A DNA stretch of 64,000 nt from Polyangiaceae bacterium (GTDB taxonomy: Bacteria > Myxococcota_A > Polyangia > Polyangiales > Polyangiaceae), in the NCBI GenBank assembly GCA_035063585.1, contig JAPSGB010000007.1, positions 64,001 through 128,000 of the forward strand, read 5' to 3'. Below are positions 33,161 through 42,307 of the stretch, piece after piece. Each line of letters opens with the position of its first letter. The stretch's first letter is position 1. The position numbers and the translations under genes were made by a program. The notes beneath the pieces are model-generated. The model was given only the letters and a program-made list of their open reading frames with translations, had not been told where the DNA came from and searched no databases.

Positions 33161-35041
33161 TCACCGGCGAGGGGGTCCGTCGCGCACCCAGATCTGGAGG
33201 GTCGCCTGCCCGCCGAGGAAGCGGGTCGCGAGGCTCCGGTCGAGCCGGTAGCGCCCGGGCAGGAGCCTACGCTCCACGAAGCCGATGAGCTGTTCCGCTC
33301 CGCTATCGCGGCTCCAGATGCGGAAAATTCGCTGCCAGGCCGCTGGTTCGGCCGGGTGGAGCACGATGACCTCGGGTGGCTCCGCGATGAGGGTCGCCTC
33401 GTCGCCGGCGACGAGCCGGCGCGGATACTGGTCGACGAACACGATGGCGCCGCGGAGGGCGGGTCGCGGCCGACCGATGAGCGCCGCGAGGTTCACGTCC
33501 TCGGGTAGCACCAGCACGGTGCCGTCGGGGCCCGCGAGCTCACGGACCCGGAGCGCTACGCGGACCATGTCCGCTCCCCGCGGCGACACCTGGAGCCCGG
33601 CCCAGTAACCATGCCCTCCCACCGGCGTGCGCGCTACGAGCGCCCGGGCGAGCTTGTTGCCAAATAGCGCGCTCATCCCGACTGCCACAGCGAGCGCGAG
33701 CGCCCACCCGAGCCGCGCGCGCCGGAGCGCCACCAGCACCATGAGCCAAGACAGGGGGATCACCGGGTTGTTGTCGTAGAAGGCGCGCAGCTCGGGCGCC
33801 GAGGTGTTGTGCAGGAGCGAGATCCCGAGCGCCGCCAGGGTCACCGCACCGAGCGCGTGCCCGGAGCGGAGCGCGCCCTCGCCGACGCCCTCGGCGGCGC
33901 GCCGCGAGTGGGCCACCAAGCTCACCGCGGCGAGCGCGAGCCCCACCGAGGGGAGGAGCCGCGCGGTGTCGAACACGCGGACGAGCTCCGGCGACAACAC
34001 CGCCCCCGGCGCTCGGAGGAGGAGCGCTGCCCCGGCGAGCGGCACCGCGATGGCGACCGCGAGCCCGAGCACACGCGGCCGGTCGAGCGGTGCCCCGCGC
34101 CGGGCCTCGTCCCCGAGCTGGAGCCGACCTTCGAACCGCGCGACACGCGAGCCCACCCAGACTACCGCCACGAGCGAGACGAGCGTCGCCGGAAACGTCG
34201 TGTCCACCACCACATAGTCGAAGAGGTTGTCGAGCAACGACGCCGTGCCTCCCTTGAGGTCGGGTCCGTCGGCGAACACCGCCTGGAAGAAGGCGCCGAG
34301 GCTGCTCCCGAGCGAGAGGACGAGGAGCGCGACTGCGGACGCCCCGACCAGGAGCCCGGCGGCGAACGCGCCCGCGTCCCGGAGGACGCGCCGCGCAGAC
34401 TCGCGCCGCCCCGACACCCCCTCCCCCCAGCCGCGATCCAACACGCCGAGATAGGCGAGCGCGAGGCCGCCGCCAGCGACCGCGCCGAGGCCGGTGCTCT
34501 GCTTGAACGCGAACACCAGCCCCGAGAGCGCGCCCGTCGCGAGCCACCACGCGCGGCGCCGCCCGGGTTCGGCCGCCAGCGCAGCGCGTGCGAGCGCGGC
34601 GACCGCGCCCCAAGCGACCACCTGCGCGGTGTGATCGTAGGCGCATTCCTTGTTGAACACGACCACCGAGATTAGGCTGAGCGACGCCACCGCGAGCGCG
34701 AGGGCGCGCGAGGCGAACTTCACGGCGATGGCATACGCCGCGAGCGCCATGCCGAGATGACAGGCAGCGTTCAACCAGAGCTCATGCAGGAGCAGCGGCC
34801 GCCCGGCGAGCTTGGCGACCAGCGCGAGGATGGCGAAGCTGCCGGGCGGGATCGGCAGTACGAAGTCCACGTAGGGTCGCTCTCCGGCCGCGAGACGCGC
34901 GCCGATGGGCCCGCTCCAGCCCGTGAACTCGACGTCCCCGTACGAGCTATTGACGAGGTGCGGGACGAGCGCCGCGACATAAGCCAAGAACCACGCAGCG
35001 AGCCACGCGAGCAGGAAGAACGCGAGGCGCCGCTCCTTCAT
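33161..35041 (-). CDS. Polytopic membrane protein, GT-C-fold glycosyltransferase-like
   Basis: First loop GDVEF...GERPYVDFVLPIPPG, FKQSTG, many TM segments, soluble C-terminal domain; ATGA overlap with the upstream paralog. Confidence 0.7.
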   Translation of the reverse strand: MKERRLAFFLLAWLAAWFLAYVAALVPHLVNSSYGDVEFTGWSGPIGARLAAGERPYVDFVLPIPPGSFAILALVAKLAGRPLLLHELWLNAACHLGMALAAYAIAVKFASRALALAVASLSLISVVVFNKECAYDHTAQVVAWGAVAALARAALAAEPGRRRAWWLATGALSGLVFAFKQSTGLGAVAGGGLALAYLGVLDRGWGEGVSGRRESARRVLRDAGAFAAGLLVGASAVALLVLSLGSSLGAFFQAVFADGPDLKGGTASLLDNLFDYVVVDTTFPATLVSLVAVVWVGSRVARFEGRLQLGDEARRGAPLDRPRVLGLAVAIAVPLAGAALLLRAPGAVLSPELVRVFDTARLLPSVGLALAAVSLVAHSRRAAEGVGEGALRSGHALGAVTLAALGISLLHNTSAPELRAFYDNNPVIPLSWLMVLVALRRARLGWALALAVAVGMSALFGNKLARALVARTPVGGHGYWAGLQVSPRGADMVRVALRVRELAGPDGTVLVLPEDVNLAALIGRPRPALRGAIVFVDQYPRRLVAGDEATLIAEPPEVIVLHPAEPAAWQRIFRIWSRDSGAEQLIGFVERRLLPGRYRLDRSLATRFLGGQATLQIWVRDGPPRR

Positions 35042-36807
35042 CGTCGCACCCACACCTCGATGAGGCCCTGATCGAAGAAGTAGAGGCAGCGGAAGCTCGC
35101 GTCACGGCGGTACCGACCCGAGCCCAGCTCGCGGTCGACCGCCTCGACCAGGCGCGCGGCAGGCGCCTCGTCGCCGACCGCACCGAACACTCGTCGCCAG
35201 AGCTCGCCGTTTCGAGCCATCCTCACGATGATCCGCGGCGGATGGTCGCGGAGCGCCCGGAGATCACCCTCGACGAGGCGCGCTGGGTAGGCCCCGGCGA
35301 ACACCAGCCCCCCGCGCAGCGGCGGCGCGGGCCGGCCGATGAGCGCGCCGAGCTCCGGATCACCCGGCATGATGAGCACCGTCTCGCCGGGCGGCGCAAG
35401 CTCTCGCACGCGCTGCGCCAGCCGGATCAGCTCCGCGCCGCGCACGCTCACGTGGAGTCCGTCGAAGTACGGCGCCCCGTTCGCGCGCGCCGAGGCGAGG
35501 GCCGCGCGCTCGTAACCGAGCCCGAACAGGGCGCTGAGCGCGCCGACGAGCGCAGCGGTCTGGGCGCCGCGGACGGCGGCGCGCTCGAGCGCGACGAACA
35601 GCGCGAGGAGCGCGACCGGGATGAGCGGCCCGTCGAGCGCCGTCGGTGGTGCGGCAGGCTCGGCGAGGCCGCGAGCGACCCCGACCGCGACGCTCACGAG
35701 CGCGAGGGTGCGCCACACGCAGCGCGCCGGGCCACGCGCGGCGAACGCAAAGAGCAGCGCCAGCACGAACCCAAGCCCGACCAGGTTCCGAAGCGCGTCG
35801 GCCCCGCTCATGAGCGCGCGTGGCAGCTGGCTGCCCCGGAGCACGCCGAGCGCCGCCGCGGCGAACATGGCCGCCGCGAGCGCGGCCACCACCGCGAGCC
35901 CGTCAGGCCGCGTCTCCGAGGGCTCACCCGGGTCGAGTGAACCGCGCCTCCGCGCGACCCTGAGGGCCAGCGCGGCGAGCAGCGCCACCACCGCGAGCGA
36001 GGCCGAGAGCGCGCGCGCGCCGACCGCGCTGCTCGCCGCACGACCGAGAACGCCAAACCAACCTCCGAGGAGCTCCCAGCCGTCGACCACCACCGCGCGC
36101 ACGGCGGCCACCGGATGCGCGCCGATGGCGAGCGCCACCCCGGTGAGCGACCCGAGACCGCCGAGCACACCGAGCCCCCACGAGCGACGCGCGCTCCCTT
36201 TGCCGAAGCGCGCGAGCGCGATGAGCCAGCCCGCGAGCGCGCCTGCCCCGGTCGCGGTGTGGAAGCCGAGGGCTGCGGCTGCCAACCAGCCGGCCGCCAG
36301 GAACCCGCGCCGGGCGGCCGGCTCCGGCGCGAGAAACGCCCGCGCCCCCATCGCGAGGCTGACCATGACGAGGAGCGCGGCGAGCGGCTCGTCGGCGGAC
36401 TCGCGGGTGAGCCCGACCGTCAGGGCGAGCGTACTCGCGAAGACCAGGAGCCCGGTCCGGCGAGTATCGAGCTGCTCCGCGAGACGCGCGGCGACCAGCG
36501 CGGTGCCGAGCCGCGCGAGCGTCACTACCGCCAGCTCCGCCGCGAGGACTGGGCGACCAACCATCCGCTCGATGAGCCCCATGACGAAGATGGCGCCCGG
36601 CGGCATGGTGACCACGACGTCTTGGTAGAGACGCGCGCCGCCCGCGAGGCGCGCGGCGAACGCGCCCGCCCAGCCGGCGCGATCGACGTCGCCCATCAGG
36701 TCACTATGGACGCGAGGCACGACGACCAGCGCGTAGCCGACGAATGCCGCCGTCACGAGCGCATACGCGAATCGGGGACGGAGCTCCACGCGGTGTGGCG
36801 TGCTCAT
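35038..36807 (-). CDS. Polytopic membrane protein, GT-C-like; tandem paralog of 33161..35041
   Basis: GDVD...GARLYQDVVVTMPPG; C-terminus shares RVRELA.P..TVL..P.D..L.ALIGRP.P.LRG..VF...YP.RLV.GD with the neighbour. Confidence 0.7.
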   Translation of the reverse strand: MSTPHRVELRPRFAYALVTAAFVGYALVVVPRVHSDLMGDVDRAGWAGAFAARLAGGARLYQDVVVTMPPGAIFVMGLIERMVGRPVLAAELAVVTLARLGTALVAARLAEQLDTRRTGLLVFASTLALTVGLTRESADEPLAALLVMVSLAMGARAFLAPEPAARRGFLAAGWLAAAALGFHTATGAGALAGWLIALARFGKGSARRSWGLGVLGGLGSLTGVALAIGAHPVAAVRAVVVDGWELLGGWFGVLGRAASSAVGARALSASLAVVALLAALALRVARRRGSLDPGEPSETRPDGLAVVAALAAAMFAAAALGVLRGSQLPRALMSGADALRNLVGLGFVLALLFAFAARGPARCVWRTLALVSVAVGVARGLAEPAAPPTALDGPLIPVALLALFVALERAAVRGAQTAALVGALSALFGLGYERAALASARANGAPYFDGLHVSVRGAELIRLAQRVRELAPPGETVLIMPGDPELGALIGRPAPPLRGGLVFAGAYPARLVEGDLRALRDHPPRIIVRMARNGELWRRVFGAVGDEAPAARLVEAVDRELGSGRYRRDASFRCLYFFDQGLIEVWVRR

Positions 36808-38558
36808 CGCGCCTTCACGATCAGGGTCTGCCCGGGCGCCGGGGGAGCCACCCGCTCGTATTGCCCGGCGCGCCAGCGAGCGAACACGAGACGGCCGCCG
36901 GAGACGGGCCAATTGAAGTGAAAGCGCGCCGCGACCGGCCGCCCCGCGTGGTCGATCTCGGTCACGGTGATGAGCGCGGCTGGTGCGTTCGTCGTCTCTC
37001 CGACCCGCATCGGGTGGCTCGCGTCGCGGTAGATGCGATTGAACGGCTCGGCGAGGAAGCTCCCGGCGACGCGCACGTCCAGCGTGTCGTCGGTCACGCC
37101 GGTGACGCTGACCGGAGCCAGCGTCCCCGTGACGATGAGGGTCGGGGCTGGCGAGTGCCCGCTCGAGATGCGGGTGAGCAGCATCATGGTGGCGAAGTAG
37201 AAATCGGGCGCGTCGAGCACGACCAAGGTGTTCCGCTGGGTCGGCGCGAGCGCGTAAGCAGACTCGCGCGCACGGGCCAGCCGCGCCTCGTAGCGCGCCA
37301 TGGTCAGGCTGCGGAACGGCAGGAGCAGCGGCGCCGCGACCAGATGCACCACGAGGAGTAACCCGGCGACGGCTCGCGCGGCGCGCCGAGCGCCGGAGGC
37401 CCCATCGCTCGAGGCGCTGAAGGCGACCTCGCTGAAGCGCGCGACCAGCGCGAGCGCCCCGGCCCCGGTGAGCAGCAGCAACCGATCCTCAGGAAAAGCC
37501 GCGATCACCGGCAAGGCCGACAGCGCCGTGCCGAGGGCCCAGAAGCGCGCGACTCGATCGCGACCGAGCGTGGCGGCCATCGCGACGACGATCACGATGA
37601 GCACCGCCAGCGAGGCGATTGCGACGAGAGAGAGCGAGGTGGTCTCGCTATAGAGATCTGCCGGCGGCCCGCCGAAGGCGCTCGCGAGGAGCACCACGAC
37701 CCGCGCGGCGCCCGCGGTGACGAAGTCGCCCGGCGCGTGGAGCGGATCGAGATAGAGCCCGGAGCCGCTGACCCCATGTCCGAGCGCGTGGTACCCGAGC
37801 GCCCAGGCGGCGACCACGACGAGCCACGGGAGGCTGGCGGCGAGGCGGCGAGGCCGCGAAGCGCGGTCGATGAACACCGCGTGCGCGACGAGGTACCCGA
37901 CGGCGCCGAGCGCCAGCTCCGAGCCGAGGAGCCCGAGTCCGAGCGCGCTCGGCGCGAGCCACGCGCCCGCCCGCCACCCATCACGCCGCCAGCGGTCGTG
38001 AGCAGCGATCGCGAGGAGCGAGAGGCTCGCGCCGATGAGCGCGTTTCGGTTCGAGATCCACCCAACCGGGTGCCCATGCGCGTCATCGACCGCATAAAGT
38101 AGCGTCGCGAGGCCCGCGACCCAGGCGCGCGCCAAGAGGCGGCGGTAGAGGAGCCCAGCGGCGAGGATCGTGAGCCCGTACCAGAGCACGTTCTGCAGGT
38201 GCATCAGCGCGGGCCGGTTCGGATACAGGGAGAACTCGAGGCGGTGCGTGAGCGAGGCGAGCGGTCTAAAGAACGACACGCTGAACGCCTCCGAGGTGAC
38301 CCACGGCGTGAGCCCGCGCTGGCGCTGCCCCCGCACTCGCTCGCGGATCGCCCTCTCTGGCAGCCGGCCATCCCCACCCCACAGGTTGAAATTTTCGAGG
38401 CTCACCGGCGTCGCGCGAGCGACGTCTCGGAACACCCAGTCCTCGGTCTGGAACCCGCCCGGGATCGACGGCGCGACGAGCAGGATGCCGAGAACCGCTG
38501 CCACGAGCGTGAAGCGTCGCATCGCGAGCGCGCGCCCGAGCGAGGCGAGCCGAGTCAC
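36804..38558 (-). CDS. Polytopic membrane protein, TMTC-like GT-C transferase without TPR
   Basis: FQTEDW, FFRPLASLT, MHLQNVLWY, DDAHGHPVGWISNRNALI, GSGLYLDP; 4-nt overlaps with both neighbours. Confidence 0.72.
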   Translation of the reverse strand: MTRLASLGRALAMRRFTLVAAVLGILLVAPSIPGGFQTEDWVFRDVARATPVSLENFNLWGGDGRLPERAIRERVRGQRQRGLTPWVTSEAFSVSFFRPLASLTHRLEFSLYPNRPALMHLQNVLWYGLTILAAGLLYRRLLARAWVAGLATLLYAVDDAHGHPVGWISNRNALIGASLSLLAIAAHDRWRRDGWRAGAWLAPSALGLGLLGSELALGAVGYLVAHAVFIDRASRPRRLAASLPWLVVVAAWALGYHALGHGVSGSGLYLDPLHAPGDFVTAGAARVVVLLASAFGGPPADLYSETTSLSLVAIASLAVLIVIVVAMAATLGRDRVARFWALGTALSALPVIAAFPEDRLLLLTGAGALALVARFSEVAFSASSDGASGARRAARAVAGLLLVVHLVAAPLLLPFRSLTMARYEARLARARESAYALAPTQRNTLVVLDAPDFYFATMMLLTRISSGHSPAPTLIVTGTLAPVSVTGVTDDTLDVRVAGSFLAEPFNRIYRDASHPMRVGETTNAPAALITVTEIDHAGRPVAARFHFNWPVSGGRLVFARWRAGQYERVAPPAPGQTLIVKAR

Positions 38559-40999
38559 ACGGGCTCGGCTCCCGGCTCTCGAAACGCGACCGCGGCCACC
38601 GCCGCCACCACGTACAGGCTCACCCCGAGAGCAGACACCAGTTGATACCCTCCGAGCAAGGACGCCGGCACCGCGACCGTGGTCGCCAGCACGGAGGCGA
38701 AGAAGTTGATGCCGACGCTCCACGCGACCGCGGTCGGGCGGCGCGCGGCGAGCCAAGCGAGGCCCGCCGGGAACGGCTGACCCATCGCCAGCCCGGCCGG
38801 CGCGACGAACACCACCGCCCAGAGCATCTTCACCGGGAGCGACGCGCCCCAGGCCCGCGCGAAGAGCGGTGGGAGCAGGAGCCGCCAGGCGAGCACGACG
38901 AGGATCGTGCCCACCACTCCGAGCCAGATCCGCTGGCGGGGGCTGAGCGAGGAGCGAGCGCCGAGCGCGGCGCCCGCGCCCGTCGACACGAGCAGCGTCC
39001 CGAGCACCGCGCCGAGCGCGTAGGTCTGGTGTCCGAGGAACATCGCGAGGCGCTGGAGAAACCAGATCTCGAGGAACAGATAGGCGAGACCGACGCAGCC
39101 GAAGAAGGTCAGCGTCACGAAGCCTCCGCCCCGCTCTTCGCGTCGGCGCGCTGCCCACACCGGCAGCAGCACGAGCCCCGCCGCGAGAACGACGACGCTG
39201 GCCAACATGTCGATGAGCACGCGCACGTGCGGCGCCTCGAGCGCCTGCGCGCGGTCATACCGAGTAGTGTCGAAGAAGAACGGGCGGTCATCGGTGGCCG
39301 GCGCGAGGTTGGCGGGGTAGCTCTCGGCGAACCTCGCGAGCGTTCCCTCCTTCACCGCGGAGAAGAAGCGCAGAAACTCCGGGTCCGACGCCTCGCCCGG
39401 GGCGTAGACGAGCACCGGACGTACCGACAGACGAAAGCCGAAGACCTTGAAGAACCGGATGTCCGCGCCGCGAAACGGGCGATCGTGGAACCAGAAGCGT
39501 CTCCCCAAGGCGCTGAGCCGCGCGGCGTCCCAGCCGCCGCTCCGGCGCACAATGACCCCGTAGATCCGCGCATTTCTCAGCACGACGACCTGCCCTTCGG
39601 GGCGCGGCTCCCCGAGCTCGCCGAGCGCGGCCACCGCGGTCGCCGCGAGCCGGAGCGCCTCGGCCTCGCCAAAGCGGATGATGGTCAGCACGCCGTCGGG
39701 CTTCAAGCTCGTGAGGTAGTCCCGGAACGCCTCCGCGGTGAAGAGGTGGTTCTCCGACAGCGCGAGCGCGCCGGTCGAGAGCATGCTCTTGGTGTCGACT
39801 CCGCTCAGCTGCACGAGATCGTAGGACGCGGGACGAGCGCCCCGTGCGAAGCTGCGACCATCTCGGAGGTGATACGCGACCCGAGGGTCACGACCGATCC
39901 CGCCGAGCCAGCGGTTGAACGGGCCGCGAATCGCCGAGATGCTGGCGGGATTGATCTCCACCGCGTCCACGCGACGGGCGCGGTGATAGAGCGCGCACTC
40001 GACGTCCACGCCGCCGCCGACGCCGATCACGAGGACGTCGTCGCGATGCTCCGAGTACCCGCTGGCGAACACGGTCTCCCCGCAGAGCGCCGGCACGGGG
40101 TGGTTCACGTCGCCGAGCGGCGCCTGCGATTCGTCCCGGCCGTCCCAGCGCGCCATCATCGCGCCCGCGGTGCTGTCCTGCGCGTAGAAGAGATACGGGT
40201 ACGGGTGCGGGCCGCCAGGCACGCGGTCGAAGGCGTAGACTTCCACGCGACCGGTCATGTTCCAGCGGTCGTAGACGCGTCGCATGCCGAAACCATCTCG
40301 GTCGGCCTGACGCTGGATGAGCCCGACCTGTCCGTGCGGCTCGGGCTGAAACGCGAATACGCGGGGCGCAACCGCGAGCGCGAGCGCGGTCAAACCCAGG
40401 CTCGCCGCGGCGAGCCACCCGAGCCAGCGCGGCCGAGCGCGCGCCGCGCGCAGAAACCCAAGCGCACCTACCCACCCGACGAGCGCGAGGAGCGCGAGCA
40501 GCCGCTCGCCACCGACACGCTCGACGAGCAAGAGCGGCGCCAGACAGCCGAGCCCGGCGCCGAGCAGATCGGCCGCGTAGGCGCGACCGACCCGCGGCCC
40601 CGCCGAAGCGAGCGCCAGGGTGACGACCGCACCCGAGGTCAGGAACGGCAGGGTCAGGAGCGCAGCTCCGAGGAAGGTGAGCGCCGCGACGTTGGCGTCG
40701 AGCAGCGGGCCGAGCCGTGCGAACGCCGCATAGGCGACCACGATGCTCACCGGGTAGGCGAACGCCCACGCCGCGATGACCACCGGCGTGTGCTCGGGCT
40801 CGAGCCACCGGCGACGCACGGCCACCAGGCTGCTCGCGGCGCCAAAACCGATCATCGCGACTCCGAGCACCAGGTAGACGAGGAAGGTCTGCACCGTGTA
40901 CGCGAGGACGCGAACCAGGAACACCTCGAGCGCTAGCGAGGACAGCGTGATCGCCGCGAACGGCGCGAGCGGGACGCGCAGGGTCGAGGGACCCATCAT
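38555..40999 (-). CDS. Membrane spermidine synthase-like SAM-fold protein, paralog 2
   Basis: WNMTGRV, VIGVGGGVD, AVEINP, DGR, ENHLFT, PATDDRPFFF. Start ATG 40999 or GTG 41059. Confidence 0.85.
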   Translation of the reverse strand: MMGPSTLRVPLAPFAAITLSSLALEVFLVRVLAYTVQTFLVYLVLGVAMIGFGAASSLVAVRRRWLEPEHTPVVIAAWAFAYPVSIVVAYAAFARLGPLLDANVAALTFLGAALLTLPFLTSGAVVTLALASAGPRVGRAYAADLLGAGLGCLAPLLLVERVGGERLLALLALVGWVGALGFLRAARARPRWLGWLAAASLGLTALALAVAPRVFAFQPEPHGQVGLIQRQADRDGFGMRRVYDRWNMTGRVEVYAFDRVPGGPHPYPYLFYAQDSTAGAMMARWDGRDESQAPLGDVNHPVPALCGETVFASGYSEHRDDVLVIGVGGGVDVECALYHRARRVDAVEINPASISAIRGPFNRWLGGIGRDPRVAYHLRDGRSFARGARPASYDLVQLSGVDTKSMLSTGALALSENHLFTAEAFRDYLTSLKPDGVLTIIRFGEAEALRLAATAVAALGELGEPRPEGQVVVLRNARIYGVIVRRSGGWDAARLSALGRRFWFHDRPFRGADIRFFKVFGFRLSVRPVLVYAPGEASDPEFLRFFSAVKEGTLARFAESYPANLAPATDDRPFFFDTTRYDRAQALEAPHVRVLIDMLASVVVLAAGLVLLPVWAARRREERGGGFVTLTFFGCVGLAYLFLEIWFLQRLAMFLGHQTYALGAVLGTLLVSTGAGAALGARSSLSPRQRIWLGVVGTILVVLAWRLLLPPLFARAWGASLPVKMLWAVVFVAPAGLAMGQPFPAGLAWLAARRPTAVAWSVGINFFASVLATTVAVPASLLGGYQLVSALGVSLYVVAAVAAVAFREPGAEPV

Positions 41000-41114
41000 G
41001 GACTCTGCTCGTAAACCATCGGGTCCGCCGCTCGGTGCGTCCGTCGCGCGAGCGCTCACGCGAGCGCATGATATCAGGCGCGCGGAGGCTAGGAGCTAGC
41101 ACGGAGTAGATCAA

Positions 41115-41123
41115 TGCTATCTT
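41115..41123 (+). promoter_or_regulatory. Extended -10 (TGcTATCTT), probably a leaderless promoter for the GGR gene
   Basis: TG-n-TATCTT ending 8 nt before the ATG at 41132; no SD sequence. Confidence 0.5.
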
Positions 41124-41131
41124 CGGGCTTC

Positions 41132-42280
41132 ATGCCGGTGCGCACCGACCTCCTGGTGATTGGCGCCGGGCCGGCTGGCGCAGCGGCCGGGATCGCCGCC
41201 GCCCGGGCCGGAGCGCGCGTATGCGTGGTCGATCGTGCGGTCTTTCCCCGACCGAAACCGTGCGGCGACGCCCTCTCGAACGTCGCGGCGGCGGTCATCG
41301 GCGAGCTCGGCGCGGGCGAGCGCCTCGAGCGAGCGCCCCGCGCCGTCGTGCGCGGAGCCGTCGCGCTCTTTCCGGACGGTACCCGCCTCACGCGAAGCTA
41401 TGGCGCCGAGCCGGGCTACATCGTGCCGCGCACCGCGCTCGACGACCTCCTCCGGCGTGAGCTCGAGCGAGCCGGCGCCGAGATCGTCGAGGGGGTAAAG
41501 GTGCGCCGGCTCCTACGGGAGGCTGGGCGATTCTGCGGCGCGGAGGGCGACCGGTTCGTTCGACGCGCCCGGGTGGTGATCGCGGCGGACGGCTCCGGCT
41601 CCCTCGCCTGGCACGCGCTCGGGCTCGCGCCGCCCCGAGAGCGACATCAGGGCCTGGCGGTGACCGCCTACGCGAGCGGCGTGCGGTATGACGCCGACGC
41701 AGAGTGGAGCGCGCACTATTTCGAGCGCTTTCTGCCCACGGGCTACGGCTGGGTGTTCCCGCCGGTCGCGGGGCTCAGCAACGTGGGGGTGTACCTGCGG
41801 TCGGACCGTTATCACGCGAAGAGCGCGAGCCTCCGCGAGCTCTTTCAGCGCTTCGTCGACGCGCACCCGGCTCGGTTCTCCGCGATGAAGTTGGAAGGGC
41901 CGCTGCGGACCTGGGCGCTGCCGCTCGCCGGCATGAGGCCTCCGCCCGCGGCGCCCGGGCTCCTCACCGCAGGAGACGCCGCGCGGCTCATCGACCCGCT
42001 CTCCGGCGAAGGGATCTGGCACGCGCTCGCCTCGGGGCGCATCGCCGGTGAGCTGGCCGCCGCCTCCCTCGGCACCGGCGACGGCGCCGCGCTCGCGCGT
42101 CGTCACCGCCTACGCGTGGCGCGTGAGGTGGGCTGGCCGACCGCGCTCCGCGTCGGCATCACGCGCGCGGTCGAGGTGGTCGTCACGCGGGGCCTCTATC
42201 GCTCCGCCGCGGTACGCGGGCTGTTCGGGTGGGGCTACCGCGGCCGTGCGTTCGAGCTCAGCAAGCGCACCGCCTCGTGA
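41132..42280 (+). CDS. Geranylgeranyl reductase-family FAD oxidoreductase
   Basis: VIGAGPAG, FPRPKPCGD, IAADG, GYGWVFP, AGDAARLIDPLSGEGI. Confidence 0.9.
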   Translation: MPVRTDLLVIGAGPAGAAAGIAAARAGARVCVVDRAVFPRPKPCGDALSNVAAAVIGELGAGERLERAPRAVVRGAVALFPDGTRLTRSYGAEPGYIVPRTALDDLLRRELERAGAEIVEGVKVRRLLREAGRFCGAEGDRFVRRARVVIAADGSGSLAWHALGLAPPRERHQGLAVTAYASGVRYDADAEWSAHYFERFLPTGYGWVFPPVAGLSNVGVYLRSDRYHAKSASLRELFQRFVDAHPARFSAMKLEGPLRTWALPLAGMRPPPAAPGLLTAGDAARLIDPLSGEGIWHALASGRIAGELAAASLGTGDGAALARRHRLRVAREVGWPTALRVGITRAVEVVVTRGLYRSAAVRGLFGWGYRGRAFELSKRTAS

Positions 42281-42307
42281 GGCTCGCCCGGCCGCGTGCG
42301 CGACGCT

